64,000 bases of DNA from Pelagomonas calceolata (lineage: Eukaryota), in NCBI GenBank assembly GCA_918797485.1, contig CAKKNE010000006.1:2666001-2730000 (forward strand), in the 5' to 3' direction. How positions within the stretch are numbered: the first letter of the stretch is position 1; every line of letters begins with the position of its first letter. Below the pieces are notes generated by a model, which was given only the letters and a program-made list of their open reading frames with translations, was not told the DNA's origin and did no database searches. Positions 45,795-57,094 of the stretch are shown here, in pieces. Both the position numbers and the translations under genes were made by a program.

Positions 45795-45985
45795 TTGCCC
45801 AGATTTGGACAGAGCGTCGCGTAATTGGCGTCCACGCGACATCCGAGCTCTGCTCAAGTTGTACATAGCGTATTTCGAAGCCCCTGGGCCGAGCCGCAGG
45901 CTTTGCCGGAACCCGATTTGGACCAGAGGTTGGTCAAATCGAGATAAACAGGAGTAGCAGCCTTTTGACTCGCAGCTCGGCGAAG

Positions 45986-47491
45986 ATGTCCATCGCCGAC
46001 GCCGCCGGCGCCCTACGCCGCCGCAGACCACCGGTCGTGCGCATCAACCTCGAACCAAATGAAGACGCCTCGGACAGCGCCCAGTCGTCGCCGCGCGCGG
46101 CCTCCGACAGTTCGGGAGCGGGCCCAACAACAAACTCGCCGCGGAGCGAGAGCGAGAGCTCGCACGGCTCGCGGTCGGCGCAGTCGTCGCCGCGCGCGCC
46201 GTCGGCCGCCGGGTCGTCGCCGCGGTCGTTCTCGGAGCTGCGGGTCGACATCCCGCGGGGCCGCGCGTCGCCGTCGCCGCTAGAAAGCTTTCTGAGGTCC
46301 GTCGTGGAGGCGCCGGCGACCCAAAGACCGCAAGAGATAGAAGAGGAGGACGAGGAGGACGACGACGCGCTGGCCGTCGCTTCACTAAGAAGAGTAGCGC
46401 GCCACTTACGAGGTGGTATGTCGCGCGAGGACTGCGCCGACGAACTGGAGCGGCTGGCGGCGAATCTAGCCAGGACGCCGCTAGCGAGAGCAGCTCGAGC
46501 GCGCCGGAAGGCCAGCAAGATGATGATCAACGGCCTGAGAAGAGTCGGGAAGCGCGACAAGGTCGTGTTCGATGGCGTCTACACGGACGAGGACAGCGCC
46601 CGCGACGTCGTGAAGTGGGGGCCCTGGTCGCCCACATTGCGACGCATCTCCTCCTCCGATAATGTGATAGCGACGCCCACGTCGGAAAGGCCACCGAGGA
46701 ACTGGGCCGTGCACCCGAACAGTGCCTTCAAAAGACGGTGGGACTACCTGACGTCGCTATTGGCGGTTTGTGTGGTCTTCAAGCCCGAGCTCCGAGCATT
46801 GGCGGCGTTGCTATTGGGTCTCGAAGCTCCCAAGAAGGAAGTTATGAATATGTGGGCCCTGGCCTTCAATAGAGCGGTGAACTTGTGGTTCCTCGTGGAC
46901 GTGTGCCTGAACTTCGTGACCGGTTACGTCGATAGGAAGACGGGGGTCCTTGTGATGTCCAAAAGGAGAATAGCTCAGAGGTATCTGAGGACGTACTTTG
47001 TGCTAGACATCTGGTGTGCTCTGCCTTTTGACAGATTGGTCTTGCCGGCGCTGGTCGAGGTCGCGCCGCCCCAGAAGCCACTGAAATGCGCTCCGGGGTC
47101 CTCAGATATGCTTCTGGTGGACTGCTTGCCGCGGCGGCGGCCGTTGCGAGCTTTTAGGCGAGCTTTGGGCTACGTGCCGCGCGTGTTGTCCTTCGCCAAA
47201 GGACGGGGTAGATTACGCCAGGTCTTGGTTGGAGCTCCTACCATAGTAGGCCACGTGCGGCGCTTCTTCCGGCTGCTACGGGCGTCGCGCGTCCGGCTCG
47301 TGAAGTGGCGCGCGCTGGCCGTTCTAGGGCGGCGCTACCGCAAGAACGCCAAGGCCTACTTCAACCGGCTGCCGTCGCCGTCGTTCTTACGAAGCCCGAA
47401 GGCCGTCTACCGACGGCTGACGCGGACGCCGGATCATGTGCCGTCGCCCGAAAGGCCACAGATGCGTCGGAGCGTGACAAACCCTACGTGA
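45986..47491 (+). CDS. Cyclic-nucleotide-gated/K+ channel-like S1-S4 domain protein
   Basis: VHPNSAFKRRWD, FLVDVCLNFVTGY, RYLRTYFVLD..ALPFD and an Arg-rich S4-like segment. Confidence 0.7.
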   Translation: MSIADAAGALRRRRPPVVRINLEPNEDASDSAQSSPRAASDSSGAGPTTNSPRSESESSHGSRSAQSSPRAPSAAGSSPRSFSELRVDIPRGRASPSPLESFLRSVVEAPATQRPQEIEEEDEEDDDALAVASLRRVARHLRGGMSREDCADELERLAANLARTPLARAARARRKASKMMINGLRRVGKRDKVVFDGVYTDEDSARDVVKWGPWSPTLRRISSSDNVIATPTSERPPRNWAVHPNSAFKRRWDYLTSLLAVCVVFKPELRALAALLLGLEAPKKEVMNMWALAFNRAVNLWFLVDVCLNFVTGYVDRKTGVLVMSKRRIAQRYLRTYFVLDIWCALPFDRLVLPALVEVAPPQKPLKCAPGSSDMLLVDCLPRRRPLRAFRRALGYVPRVLSFAKGRGRLRQVLVGAPTIVGHVRRFFRLLRASRVRLVKWRALAVLGRRYRKNAKAYFNRLPSPSFLRSPKAVYRRLTRTPDHVPSPERPQMRRSVTNPT

Positions 47492-47593
47492 CCCTACCAC
47501 TAAAACATTTACCACTAACTAGGACGTCGCGGCGCCGACGGCGCCACCCCGTACGCCATCGCCGCGACGGGCTCCAGTAAAAATCACCACAAG

Positions 47594-48412
47594 TTATGCC
47601 GCCACAGCGAACTGGGCCACGTACTCTGCCTCGATGTCGTGCAACGTCGGCGCGCAGAGCACGAGGCAATGTAAAGGCGCGCCGAAGTCGACGGACCGCA
47701 GCTCCGCCAGCGTCCCGGCGACGATGCGCTCGTCGGCCTGGCCTAATCTAGCCAAGCCGACGGCCCTAGCATCAGGACCGCAGACGCCCTGCCCGTGCTC
47801 GGCCTCGGCACTTAATAATTGCTCGACCGCCTGGTTGATCGTCATAAATCGAGGAGGTAAGTACCTTGTGCGACCGGTCTCGGCCAAATGCGCATAGTCC
47901 GGCTCCTTCACCTTGATGTCCAGCAAGCACAGCGTGTGCAGGTTCCCCGATCGATTAAAAGCGATCTTCTCGTACCAACTCGTCGGTCGCCACTGCTCCG
48001 TCCAGAACGGCAGCGACACGCACTGCCCGTACGAGTACAGCTGCAGCCCGCACTTGCCGACGGCGCCCATGACCGACGCGTTCTGGATCACTTCTACCTT
48101 TACGTCGAGCTTTTTTGCTCGTAAGGCTATATCAGTATGTGTAGTAGCACAAAGGACGTCGCCCACGACCAGCAAAGCCACATTCCCGTCCTTGCTCCGC
48201 TCCAGCATCTCGTCGCAGCCGGACTCGACGACTTCACGGCTCGCAACTTTGACCTCTCGCCCGTAGAACGCCTCCAATCTCTCCACGCCGACGCATAATA
48301 CCGAAGTATAAGCTTCAAGCCAGACCTGGTCGCATTTCTTCACCGCTTCTAAGCCTCGTACGGTGATGTCGCGCTCGTCGCCCAGTCCTAGGCCGACGAG
48401 GTAGAAGACCAT
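47594..48412 (-). CDS. DPH5: Diphthine methyl ester synthase
   Basis: [31 protein letters not shown] and [12 protein letters not shown]. Confidence 0.95.
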   Translation of the reverse strand: MVFYLVGLGLGDERDITVRGLEAVKKCDQVWLEAYTSVLCVGVERLEAFYGREVKVASREVVESGCDEMLERSKDGNVALLVVGDVLCATTHTDIALRAKKLDVKVEVIQNASVMGAVGKCGLQLYSYGQCVSLPFWTEQWRPTSWYEKIAFNRSGNLHTLCLLDIKVKEPDYAHLAETGRTRYLPPRFMTINQAVEQLLSAEAEHGQGVCGPDARAVGLARLGQADERIVAGTLAELRSVDFGAPLHCLVLCAPTLHDIEAEYVAQFAVAA

Positions 48413-48721
48413 GGCGATGGCTGCAGTGCTGCAGCGCTGCGTCTGAGCGTCTCCTGCGGCTGTCCGCGACCTGTGGTGATAGTTGCTGAGCCACCTGGAA
48501 CGCCTCCAATCTCTCCACGCCGACGCATAATACCGAAGTATAAGCTTCAAGCCAGACCTGGTCGCATTTCTTCACCGCTTCTAAGCCTCGTACGGTGATG
48601 TCGCGCTCGTCGCCCAGTCCTAGGCCGACGAGGTAGAAGACCATGGCGATGGCTGCAGTGCTGCAGCGCTGCGTCTGAGCGTCTCCTGCGGCTGTCCGCG
48701 ACCTGTGGTGATAGTTGCTGA
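48266..48721. repeat. Perfect 224-bp tandem duplication of the DPH5 5' end (48266-48489 and 48498-48721)
   Basis: Two identical copies separated by the 8-bp spacer gccacctg; the second ATG is at 48644. Confidence 0.93.
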
Positions 48722-48968
48722 CTCCTTGGCCAGTGCTTTGCCGCAGTATCGCGTATATCGCTGGCTGCAGAGCTAGCTCTCAGAGGTAGCCGGGTTTTAG
48801 CAAAAGTCGGCAGCCCGAGCGCGCGAGTCTTGCACGGCTCGACAGCGCACGCTACGGTTCGTCTGTGCTGTCCTACTTGAGCCAGGGCAGTCCTTTTGCG
48901 CTCCGCGCACATTTGGCCTGTGCCGCACACACCAGCTGCCAAAGGCACGAATAAATGCAGTAGAACCG

Positions 48969-49535
48969 ATGGCGCAAGCACCAACACGTGTGGATTCCTT
49001 CGCCGACGGCGGCACCCAGGGCGACACCGAGCCCGGCGCGCCCACCTCGCCGGGCCCCGGCCGGAGTTGGGCCGACGTCTTCGGCACGGCTGCGAAGCCG
49101 TCGTCGTCGTCGCCACCCATGCCACCGATGCCCTGGGAGGAGGCCGCCGCGGCGCCGGCGCCGTCCTGGACGGCACCCATCGAGCGCTTCCTCGCGAGCG
49201 CCGCGGCGAGCCTTTCGGCCGCGACGCAACCGCCGCCGCCGCATCCCAAACCTCGGCTGCCACGGTCCGTCGACTTTACGAGCGCACCCTCGCACTACAC
49301 GACGCTGGGAGTCGCGCCGACGGCGCCCCAGGCGGAAATTCGGGCGGCCTACCGGCGGCTCGCGCTCGAACACCATCCGGACCGGCGCGGCGCACGAGGT
49401 GAAGAAAGGATGGCCCGCGTCAACGCCGCCTACGCGGTCCTCGACTCGCCGCGCGCGCGGCGGTCGTACGACTACGACCTGCGGTTCGGGCGCTTCGACG
49501 GCGCGCGGCGGCGAGGCGCGGAGGCGGCGGACTGA
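48969..49535 (+). CDS. DnaJ (J-domain) protein
   Basis: HYTTLGV...IRAAYRRLALEHHPD...VNAAYAVL. Confidence 0.88.
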   Translation: MAQAPTRVDSFADGGTQGDTEPGAPTSPGPGRSWADVFGTAAKPSSSSPPMPPMPWEEAAAAPAPSWTAPIERFLASAAASLSAATQPPPPHPKPRLPRSVDFTSAPSHYTTLGVAPTAPQAEIRAAYRRLALEHHPDRRGARGEERMARVNAAYAVLDSPRARRSYDYDLRFGRFDGARRRGAEAAD

Positions 49536-50055
49536 TGTCCTCCGCAGTCGCGGAGGCGGCGGATTGATGTCTTCCGCAGTCGCCGGGCCAGTGCTTGGCG
49601 CCAGCGTGCGTTTTTGTGTGGTGTAATTGATACTAGAAAACATAGCATACCCAAAAGTTGGTCGGAACTCGCGCGCCGTAGCCGAGGCACTGTGGACACG
49701 AGTGAGATGAGTTGAACGAGTGATGCTAGGGGTCCGAACAATCGGCCATTCGATTTTGCCTGCTCATTTTTGCAGCGGCCAGCCCCTGGATCTGAGCCCA
49801 CAGCTCCGGCTATACCGAACCTTACTTTGTCGCGACGCTGCGCATTGCCGCATAATTCCATCTTCTTGCCACAGCCCAAATCTCAGCAGCTCTAGACGCT
49901 CCGGCATCGACTTAGACCAAATCCAGAGTCGGTTTCACGCCACCGTCGAGCTGTGATACAGTAGAGCGCCCCACCATGGCGCTCTAGCGGCCCCCGATGA
50001 CCCCGCCCAGCAGTCTTTCGGCCCCTGCCGTCGCCACATCATTCAGAACGTTCCA

Positions 50056-50550
50056 ATGGAGCAACGGGACCGCGCCAACTCGCTCAGCTCCGACGACGAC
50101 GTCGCCGCGGAGCTCTCGCAGCGCGCCGCTATAATAGCAAGAAAGGTCTGGTTCCTGCGCCACGCGCAATCATGCAGGGACCCGAGCCGCTGCCCCCTCG
50201 CGCCGTGCAAGCAAGCGTTCTTGCTCCTGGCCCACATGCGCGCCTGCGGCGCCTTCCAGGATCCCGAGCGGGGCTGCCGGGCGCCGGCCTGCCGCCGGGC
50301 CGCGCGATTGTTACATCATCCTCGCAACTGCCGGCGGGCCTCGTGCGAGGTCTGCGCGAAGGCGCGCGCCGCGGGGCCCACGGGCGCCGGGCTCGTCGTG
50401 CCCAAGGACCTCGTGCAGGCGGCCGATGTGTGCCCGCCGTGCACGCCGCCCCGCGCCCGGCCGCAGCACCTCGCGGCCGTCGTCGAGGAGGAGTCCTCGC
50501 CGCTCAAAATCACGCCGCCGTCGCCGCCGTCCATCAACCAGGAGGCCTAG
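50056..50550 (+). CDS. TAZ zinc-finger protein
   Basis: Three HCCC units: HAQSC..C...C, HMRAC..C...C and HPRNC..C..C. Confidence 0.8.
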   Translation: MEQRDRANSLSSDDDVAAELSQRAAIIARKVWFLRHAQSCRDPSRCPLAPCKQAFLLLAHMRACGAFQDPERGCRAPACRRAARLLHHPRNCRRASCEVCAKARAAGPTGAGLVVPKDLVQAADVCPPCTPPRARPQHLAAVVEEESSPLKITPPSPPSINQEA

Positions 50551-50720
50551 GCGGAAAGAAGCCAACACCCCCCTCGCTCGCGGCGCGCCGCTCGAGCCGA
50601 AAAAACAAAACCAAACATCAAATCTCCCTCCGAGAAAATGCTCCTGCGACGGAGCCCGAAAATTCTGAAATAAATACCTTGTACTATACTCGGCGATGGC
50701 GTGGGGGGGGGCACTCCACA

Positions 50721-52826
50721 TCACATTGCATTCAGTACGTTCTTGTAAAACTTGGCGTGAGGATGGTCGGGGCCGTACGCGCCCTCGAAAATCTTCACCG
50801 CGCGCGTTACGTATTCTCGCTTCTTGGCGGCGTCGCCTAGTTCGCCGTAGGCCATACCGAGGCTGCCCAGTATCAATGCCACTTCCGGGTGGTCGCAGCC
50901 GTACGTCCGCTCGTTGATCGCAAGCGCGCGCTCCAGCACGTCTCTACTCTTCGCGTGGTCGCCTAAGTCGCCGTACGCGTTCCCGAGGTTCGTCAGCGTC
51001 CCGGCCACGCTCGTGTGGTCGCGGCCGTAAGTCCGCTCGAAGATCGCGAGCGCGCGCTCCAGCACGTCACGCGCCTTCGCGTATTCGCCTGAGGCGCCGT
51101 ACGCGTTCCCGAGGTTATCCAGCGTGATGGCCACTTCCGGGTGGTCGCGGCCGTACGCCCGCTCCTTGATCGCGAGTGCGCGCTCCAGCATGTCTCGCGA
51201 CTTCGCGTGGTCGCCTAGGTTGCCGTACGCGTTCCCGAGGTTCGTCAGTGTCTGGGCCACTTTCGCGTGGTCGCGGCCGTACGCCCGCTCCTTGATCGCG
51301 AGCGCGCGCTCCAGCATGTCTCGCCTCTTCGCCTGGTCGCCTAATCTACCGTAAACGACCCCGAGGTTCCCCAGCGTGACGGCCACGTCCGGGTGGTCGC
51401 GGCCGTACGTCCGCTCAAAGATCGGGAGCGCGCGCTCCAGCATGTCGCGCGTCTTGGCGTAGTCGCCTAAGTAGCCGTACGCACTCCCGAGGTTCGTCAG
51501 CACGACGGCAACCCTCGTGTGATCGCTACCGTACTCACGCTCTTCGATCGCGAGCGCCCGCTCCAGTATGTCTCGCTGTTTGGCGTAGTCGCCGAGGCCC
51601 ATGTACGTATTCCCGAGATCAGTCAACAAGCCGGCCACGTTCGTACTATCTCTACCGTGCTCGCGCTCGTAGATCGGGAGCGCGCGCTCCAAGACCTCGA
51701 GCTTCTTGGCATTGTCGCCAAGGTCCCCGTACGCGAGCCCAAGATCCCACAGCGCCACGCCCACCGCCTTGCTCTCCGCACCGAACGCTCGCTCCTGCTT
51801 CGCTAACATAGCTTCCCGGACCTTCACGACGCCTGCGGACTCCTGAATCGACTCGAGCAACTCGCAGAGGCCGTCAAGCAAACTCGCGTCCGCGTCGTAC
51901 CCGAGCACGTGGTCCACCAACTCCTCCACACCGTTAACCTCGTCGACGGGCAGCTTGCACAGCATCTCGAGCCGCTGCGCGACAGCATCTGAATTGCCCA
52001 AGAAAAACGACCGAAAGTACTCGTAGACCGTGTGGCTCCGGTGTAGCGCCTCCGACTCTTTGATCGGCATGAGATGAATTTGTAGCTCGCACATGTGCGT
52101 CACGTTCTCGACTTTCACGGCGACGTTCATCAAGATGTCCTGGTAGCCGTTGAAGAGCGGCGGCGCGAACCGGTTCTTCGTCCGCACGATATCAACGCGG
52201 TCGTCGGCTTCGAGCGATGCGTAGAGCTGCACGATGGCGTCCTCCGTCTGACAGAGGGCCGCGCCGCGCGTAATGTCGAAGAGCCAACTGTAGCACGGCG
52301 CCGTCTTGTCCTTGTACTCGTCGCGCGCCTTGGCGCCGGCACGGTCGCGGCCCTTCAGCGGCGCGAACATCAGCTTCACACCGCTTTCAGGGCACGCGGC
52401 CGTCATGATCTCCTCGAACTGCACGCGCGCCAGCGCGGCGACCTCGTACAGCGCGTCGAGCGACGCGGCCGGCTCGCCGTCGAGGCCGCATTGGCGACAC
52501 TCGTCTCCTAAATTCTTGCCCACCCACGGGATCTTCTTCACATCACCCTTGATGTGCACGATCGCGATCTCGTCGATCTGCTCCCGCGCGGCCTTGAACG
52601 CCTTCAGGTTGTGAAACATGCATTTCCGCGGGTCGAGCGCGCGCTCGTCGTGCTCCTTGGCGTAGGCCTCTAACTTGGGCCACGGCACCGTGCGCGTTCC
52701 GTCCGCGCCCTCGGTCGCGGCGGCATCAAACGCTTTCTTCTTTTCCGCGTCGTACAGCACGCCGATTTCATTTTTGATGGCCACTTCGGACAGTGGTGCG
52801 CCCTCCGTCGACACACCTGCACCCAT
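50721..52826 (-). CDS. RelA/SpoT-like nucleotidyltransferase domain fused to 8 TPR repeats
   Basis: APLK..R..K, DITRG, RTKNRF, NGYQD and CELQIH; 42-aa TPR array; N-terminal MGAGVS myristoylation-like motif. Confidence 0.8.
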   Translation of the reverse strand: MGAGVSTEGAPLSEVAIKNEIGVLYDAEKKKAFDAAATEGADGTRTVPWPKLEAYAKEHDERALDPRKCMFHNLKAFKAAREQIDEIAIVHIKGDVKKIPWVGKNLGDECRQCGLDGEPAASLDALYEVAALARVQFEEIMTAACPESGVKLMFAPLKGRDRAGAKARDEYKDKTAPCYSWLFDITRGAALCQTEDAIVQLYASLEADDRVDIVRTKNRFAPPLFNGYQDILMNVAVKVENVTHMCELQIHLMPIKESEALHRSHTVYEYFRSFFLGNSDAVAQRLEMLCKLPVDEVNGVEELVDHVLGYDADASLLDGLCELLESIQESAGVVKVREAMLAKQERAFGAESKAVGVALWDLGLAYGDLGDNAKKLEVLERALPIYEREHGRDSTNVAGLLTDLGNTYMGLGDYAKQRDILERALAIEEREYGSDHTRVAVVLTNLGSAYGYLGDYAKTRDMLERALPIFERTYGRDHPDVAVTLGNLGVVYGRLGDQAKRRDMLERALAIKERAYGRDHAKVAQTLTNLGNAYGNLGDHAKSRDMLERALAIKERAYGRDHPEVAITLDNLGNAYGASGEYAKARDVLERALAIFERTYGRDHTSVAGTLTNLGNAYGDLGDHAKSRDVLERALAINERTYGCDHPEVALILGSLGMAYGELGDAAKKREYVTRAVKIFEGAYGPDHPHAKFYKNVLNAM
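50760..51767 (-). repeat. 8 x 126-bp coding tandem repeat (TPR array)
   Basis: Repeat consensus VA.TL.NLG.AYG.LGD.AK.RD.LERAL.I.ER.YG.DH. Confidence 0.9.
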
Positions 52827-53259
52827 GCTATCGCGGTAGTTCTTACTCTATCTATTATGTGGTATCTAGTTGCTCCGGGCTTTTAGCTGCCCCCAAATGC
52901 CAAACCGCTGCGCGCGATGGCGTAACTGATGTGTGATGCGGCTGCACCAACGGTAGGACAATCGATGCGTGCACTCACGTCACGTTTGGAACACAAAAAG
53001 AAGTAGACTACCGAGGCCGAGTTTGGGCCCCGCACCAACGCGCCGCGTGAGTAGATACGTGGATGTGACGTCTGAGCGCGTCGAAGAGCCAAGGAGGTGT
53101 AGCTGCCCCGCCAGCACGCCGTCGCCGCGACCCGCGCGTCGACGGCGCAGCTCCCCTTTTTAGCTACAGCTGGTCCCACCCCCAGCTGGCAAAGAGGTAG
53201 TCCCGCTATCATATGATGAGCATTACCCGGAGCGAACGGAACGCAGTTGAGAGTGTCTT

Positions 53260-54956
53260 CTAATTCGGGCCCTTCGAGCTGTCGTCCGTCGACGCGCGGC
53301 TCACCGTCGACCGGTGCGAGAACTTGCGGAAGAGCTTCCGCATGGAGTCGCCCTTCGTGTAGGCGAGCGGCTTCTCCGGGACTTCCTGGGCCGCGACGCG
53401 CCGCGGCACGTAGGTCCGGTCCTCGTCGTTCCGCAGTCGAGGCACGAAGGGCGGCCGGAGCTCGCACCTCTCGAGCTTCGCCCAGTCGTAGTCCTTGTAC
53501 AGGCCCATGTTGCCCACGTCCCGCAAGGTGCACAGGCGCGTCGCCGGGCGCTTCTGGAGGAGCGCCCGCAGCACCTCGAGCGTGTCCTTGCGCCAGCCGG
53601 GGTCGTATCTAGGCTTGGACTTGACGATGCGCCTGCGTGGAAGGCGCGGTGACGGCGTCTGGCATCGACGCGACGCCGTCGACGCGACGCCATCGACGCG
53701 ACGGCGCGGCAAGGGACGCCGCACGGTCACCAGAGCATCTTGTCCTCCTCGGCCGCGTCGAAGGGCAGTCTACCCTTGAGCATCGTGAAGAAGAGGACCC
53801 CGAGGGCCCACCAGTCGACGGCGAAGTCGTAGGGCTGGGCCTGTGTGTTACGTATGGTGAGAACGGTCGCGACCGACGCGGTCGCCACATGCGAGTCTCA
53901 TGAACTCAGAGGGAGGCTTAGAAACAGGTCCCCACTTCCATAAGGAGTCGATCGACGATGAAATTCTCCGGACATCACAGTTCTTTGGCACCGTGAAGAG
54001 ACACTGCATCAAACGAGTAACATCTCGGGCGCCATATACGCGGGAGTCCCAACGATGGACTTCGTCTGCGTCAATAATGGAGCGGGCGGCTCGGTCTGGA
54101 CGGGCCGGAGCCCCATGGCGACCCGCGTCTTGTCTGGTAGTCTCTCGGGCACGTCCTGGTTGCCCGCGCGACAATCCTTGAGCGGTCGAGGTGCCAAGCG
54201 TTTGGAAGCGCCGAAGTCAGAAACGGCCACGTGGCCCGAGGCGTGGACCAAGACGTTTTCGAGTTTGAGATCTCTGTGGACAATACCATGAGAATGTAAA
54301 TGGGCAATCGCTTGCGCAATCTCAGCAACGTAAAACGCGGCCCGATGCTCGTCGAAGCCCCGCCCGTCCTCCTTCAATGATATGTTCACGTGCGTGTGCA
54401 GCGAGCCACCAGGACAATAAGCTACTACGAGTACCAACTTGTCCCTCTCCTGGAACGAGTGGTACAATCTCAGTAACAAAGGGTGGTCGAACTCGCCCAA
54501 TATATTGCGCTCCAGCATGGTCGCTCGCACGAACGAAGCGCCAGCCGATTTCAGGTGGGCCTTGGGGATGATTTTAGCGGCATAGACCTCTCCATTCGCC
54601 CCGTGGCCGGCTCTGGCGCGCACCAACACGACTTTGGAGAACCCACCCTCGCCGACCATGCCTAGTACATCATACGACGCTGAAGATTGGGGGTCCTTCA
54701 GCACGCCCCGTTCCTCCTCGTCCGGCTTTGGCTCCACGACGTCACTGACACCGCCGCAGCATCCACTTCTCTTCGGCGGCGGCGGCGCCGGCTTCTCGTC
54801 CTTCACGAGGTCCTTCTTCGAGTTGTTGTAACTGGACTTCTTCGCCGTCTGCGTGATCAAATTCACGAGGGCCTGGTCCTCGGCGCTGTTCGAGGGGTCG
54901 CTGCCGCGCCGCGGCGAGCCGTCCTCGGACTCGTAGGACTTGGTCTTCCGGTCCAT
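53260..54956 (-). CDS. AGC-family Ser/Thr kinase. Exons 54956-54015, 53840-53731 and 53632-53260.
   Basis: [36 protein letters not shown] and C-tail PPFVP. Introns at 53841-54014 and 53633-53730. Confidence 0.9.
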
Positions 54957-55358
54957 CTGCTGCTGTGGCCCCTTCGCGGCGCGCGGTCGGCACTGCAATG
55001 CCAAGATGAGCTCACAGCCTGCCTGTTAACTCTGCCAAGGCGCCGCGGCGCTGCAGCGTCGGCGTCGCAGCGCGCAGTTATGAACGGGTGGACGCGCCGT
55101 GCAAACGCCGTGCGAGAAACTCGCTTTGCCCGGTCGGCGCTCTGTGTTTGGCAAAGCACAGCAGCAAGCAAAGCTCGACGTGATAGGCCGCCGCCGTCGC
55201 GCTTCAGACAGACCGTTCCGGAACTCTCCTCGACCGGTATCGTCCACCGTCGACGCATCTCCCACGTGGAAGCAGGGGGGAAACGAAAACGAGGCGCCGC
55301 GCGGGACGACGAGAGCGACGCCGCCGACACCGAAAAAATAAACAACAAACAAAAAAAC

Positions 55359-57094
55359 TTAAACACGAAGCGCGTCCAGCTGCGCCGCCGTCGCCCAGGT
55401 CGCCGCCTCGCCGCGCGACGCCCGCGCCGCCGGCGCCGCGGCCTCCTTTACAACTGGTGGCGCCATCGCCACGGCCCGCGCGTCCTCGGCGAGCCGCAAC
55501 ACGAGCACGCGCAGGGCCTCGTTGTAGTCCGCCACGAAGCCCGTGTCGACCAAGCCCGAGAACCGCCGGTCGTCCTTCGCACAAAATCCCGCGACGGACT
55601 CCTCCACGAGGACGACACCCACCCTCTGGCACTCCTCCAAGACACGGCAGCGCGCGCAGGAGATCTCCGCGCACCAGCCCTTCTTCGCGCGGAACTTCGG
55701 CTTCGTGCACGGGGCGCACGCGAGGCACGCCCGCGCACCTCGTCCAAAACTCAGCGCCGAGAGCAGCCGTCGCTTCACTTCACCCGCCAGATCGTCCAGT
55801 AAATCCAGGCGCTGCGTCGCCTCGGCGCTCACGATCAACTCGATTTCTTGACTAAGTCGCGAGGCGCGGCCCAGGTCGCCCGCGTCGACGTCGTCCGCGT
55901 GCCCCCAGCGCACGCGCCGCACCGTCGCATTTAGATGGGGGTGGCGCGCCGCGTTCCACGCCGACAGGGCGACGCGGTCGTCCGTTAGTGTGACGTGCTT
56001 CGCGCCTCTCGCTCCGCAGATCAAACCCACGAATCCCGTCCCTGACCCTAGCTCGAAGACGCGGCACGCCCTCAAGTCAAAGCTTGTAGAGAGCCAGTCC
56101 GCCAGGACGACACAACCAACACTCACGAAGCCGCCGTCGGCACCGTGGGCCGCATCCTGCACTATATCCAGACGAGGTTCGTACCACGTGAACAGCCTAC
56201 TAGGCCTCGTCACGTCGACGTCGCCCTCCAAAGCCCCCCCGCGGAAGCACAAAACGCCGGCATCACAGGCCTCGCGCGAGAGGGCGACCTCCTTGACCTG
56301 CGGGCGCGTGGCGTCGCGGACGTCGTCGACTGCGTGAACGGCGTCGAGGAGAACGCCGTCGATGAGAGACGTCGTCGCGTCGATGGCGATACGGGGACGC
56401 CGGCGCGCACGTTAAAATGGCACGCGTGGAGCGCTTCCGCGAACCGCCTTTGCCGGTGGCTCCGCTCGTCGTTGGCGACGTAGAAGATTGTTTTTGAGGG
56501 GGTGCAGCACCGTTTCAGAGTTGTCAGTAAGGGCGCCGCGAGGCTTTCCCTATACACGCCGTCGCAGCACAACACAACATCGAACGGTTTGGCGTCGAGC
56601 CAGCGCTTCGCGTCCCAACTACGAGAAACGCCGGGCAGGCACGCGCCTAGGTACTCCGTTACGAGTCCTTCTATTTGATGATCAGCGAAGAGCGGATGAC
56701 ACACGCCTGAGCGCCAGTCCAGGGCCTTCACGACGCAGTTTTGGGAGACGTCGTTCTGCCGGATGCCCCGTCTCAGTCGAGGCAAGGCCTCGGGCAGGTC
56801 GCTCAGGACCACATGCGCCGCGCCGGCCGCCGCGCACACCAGCCCGGGCAGCCCCCCGCCCGCGCCGAGCTCCAGGACCCGCTTGCCGCGGACCGCGCCA
56901 CCAAAAACGCCTTTGGGCGCCAACGCCTGCGCGAGCGCGGCGGCACCGGGCCAGACCTCGTCGCCGAATTCGGTTGTGGTGTCGGCTTGGCGGCCCTCGA
57001 CCCTTATGATCTTGTCGTTTACGTCTACTCCACCGCCTCCCGAGCCCCACAGCTCCTCGAAGTCGATGTCTTCGTCGTCGGCGAAGGTCGCCAT
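55359..57094 (-). CDS. Tandem Methyltransf_16 (METTL21-like) lysine methyltransferase. Exons 57094-56411 and 56297-55359.
   Basis: Two motif-I sites (VLELGAGGG, VFELGSGTG). A 113-nt intron (56298-56410) joins FN-VKEV in frame. Confidence 0.75.

Noticed and set aside
50760..51767. 126-bp periodic repeat as a CRISPR array or satellite
   Set aside because: It is an in-frame coding TPR array with no unique spacers and no cas genes.
54687..55802. Long antisense/overlapping ORFs (also 27935-29083, 34124-34993, 45033-45731 and others)
   Set aside because: These are Arg/Ala/Pro-rich shadow ORFs expected in GC-rich DNA, lying opposite or across recognisable genes.
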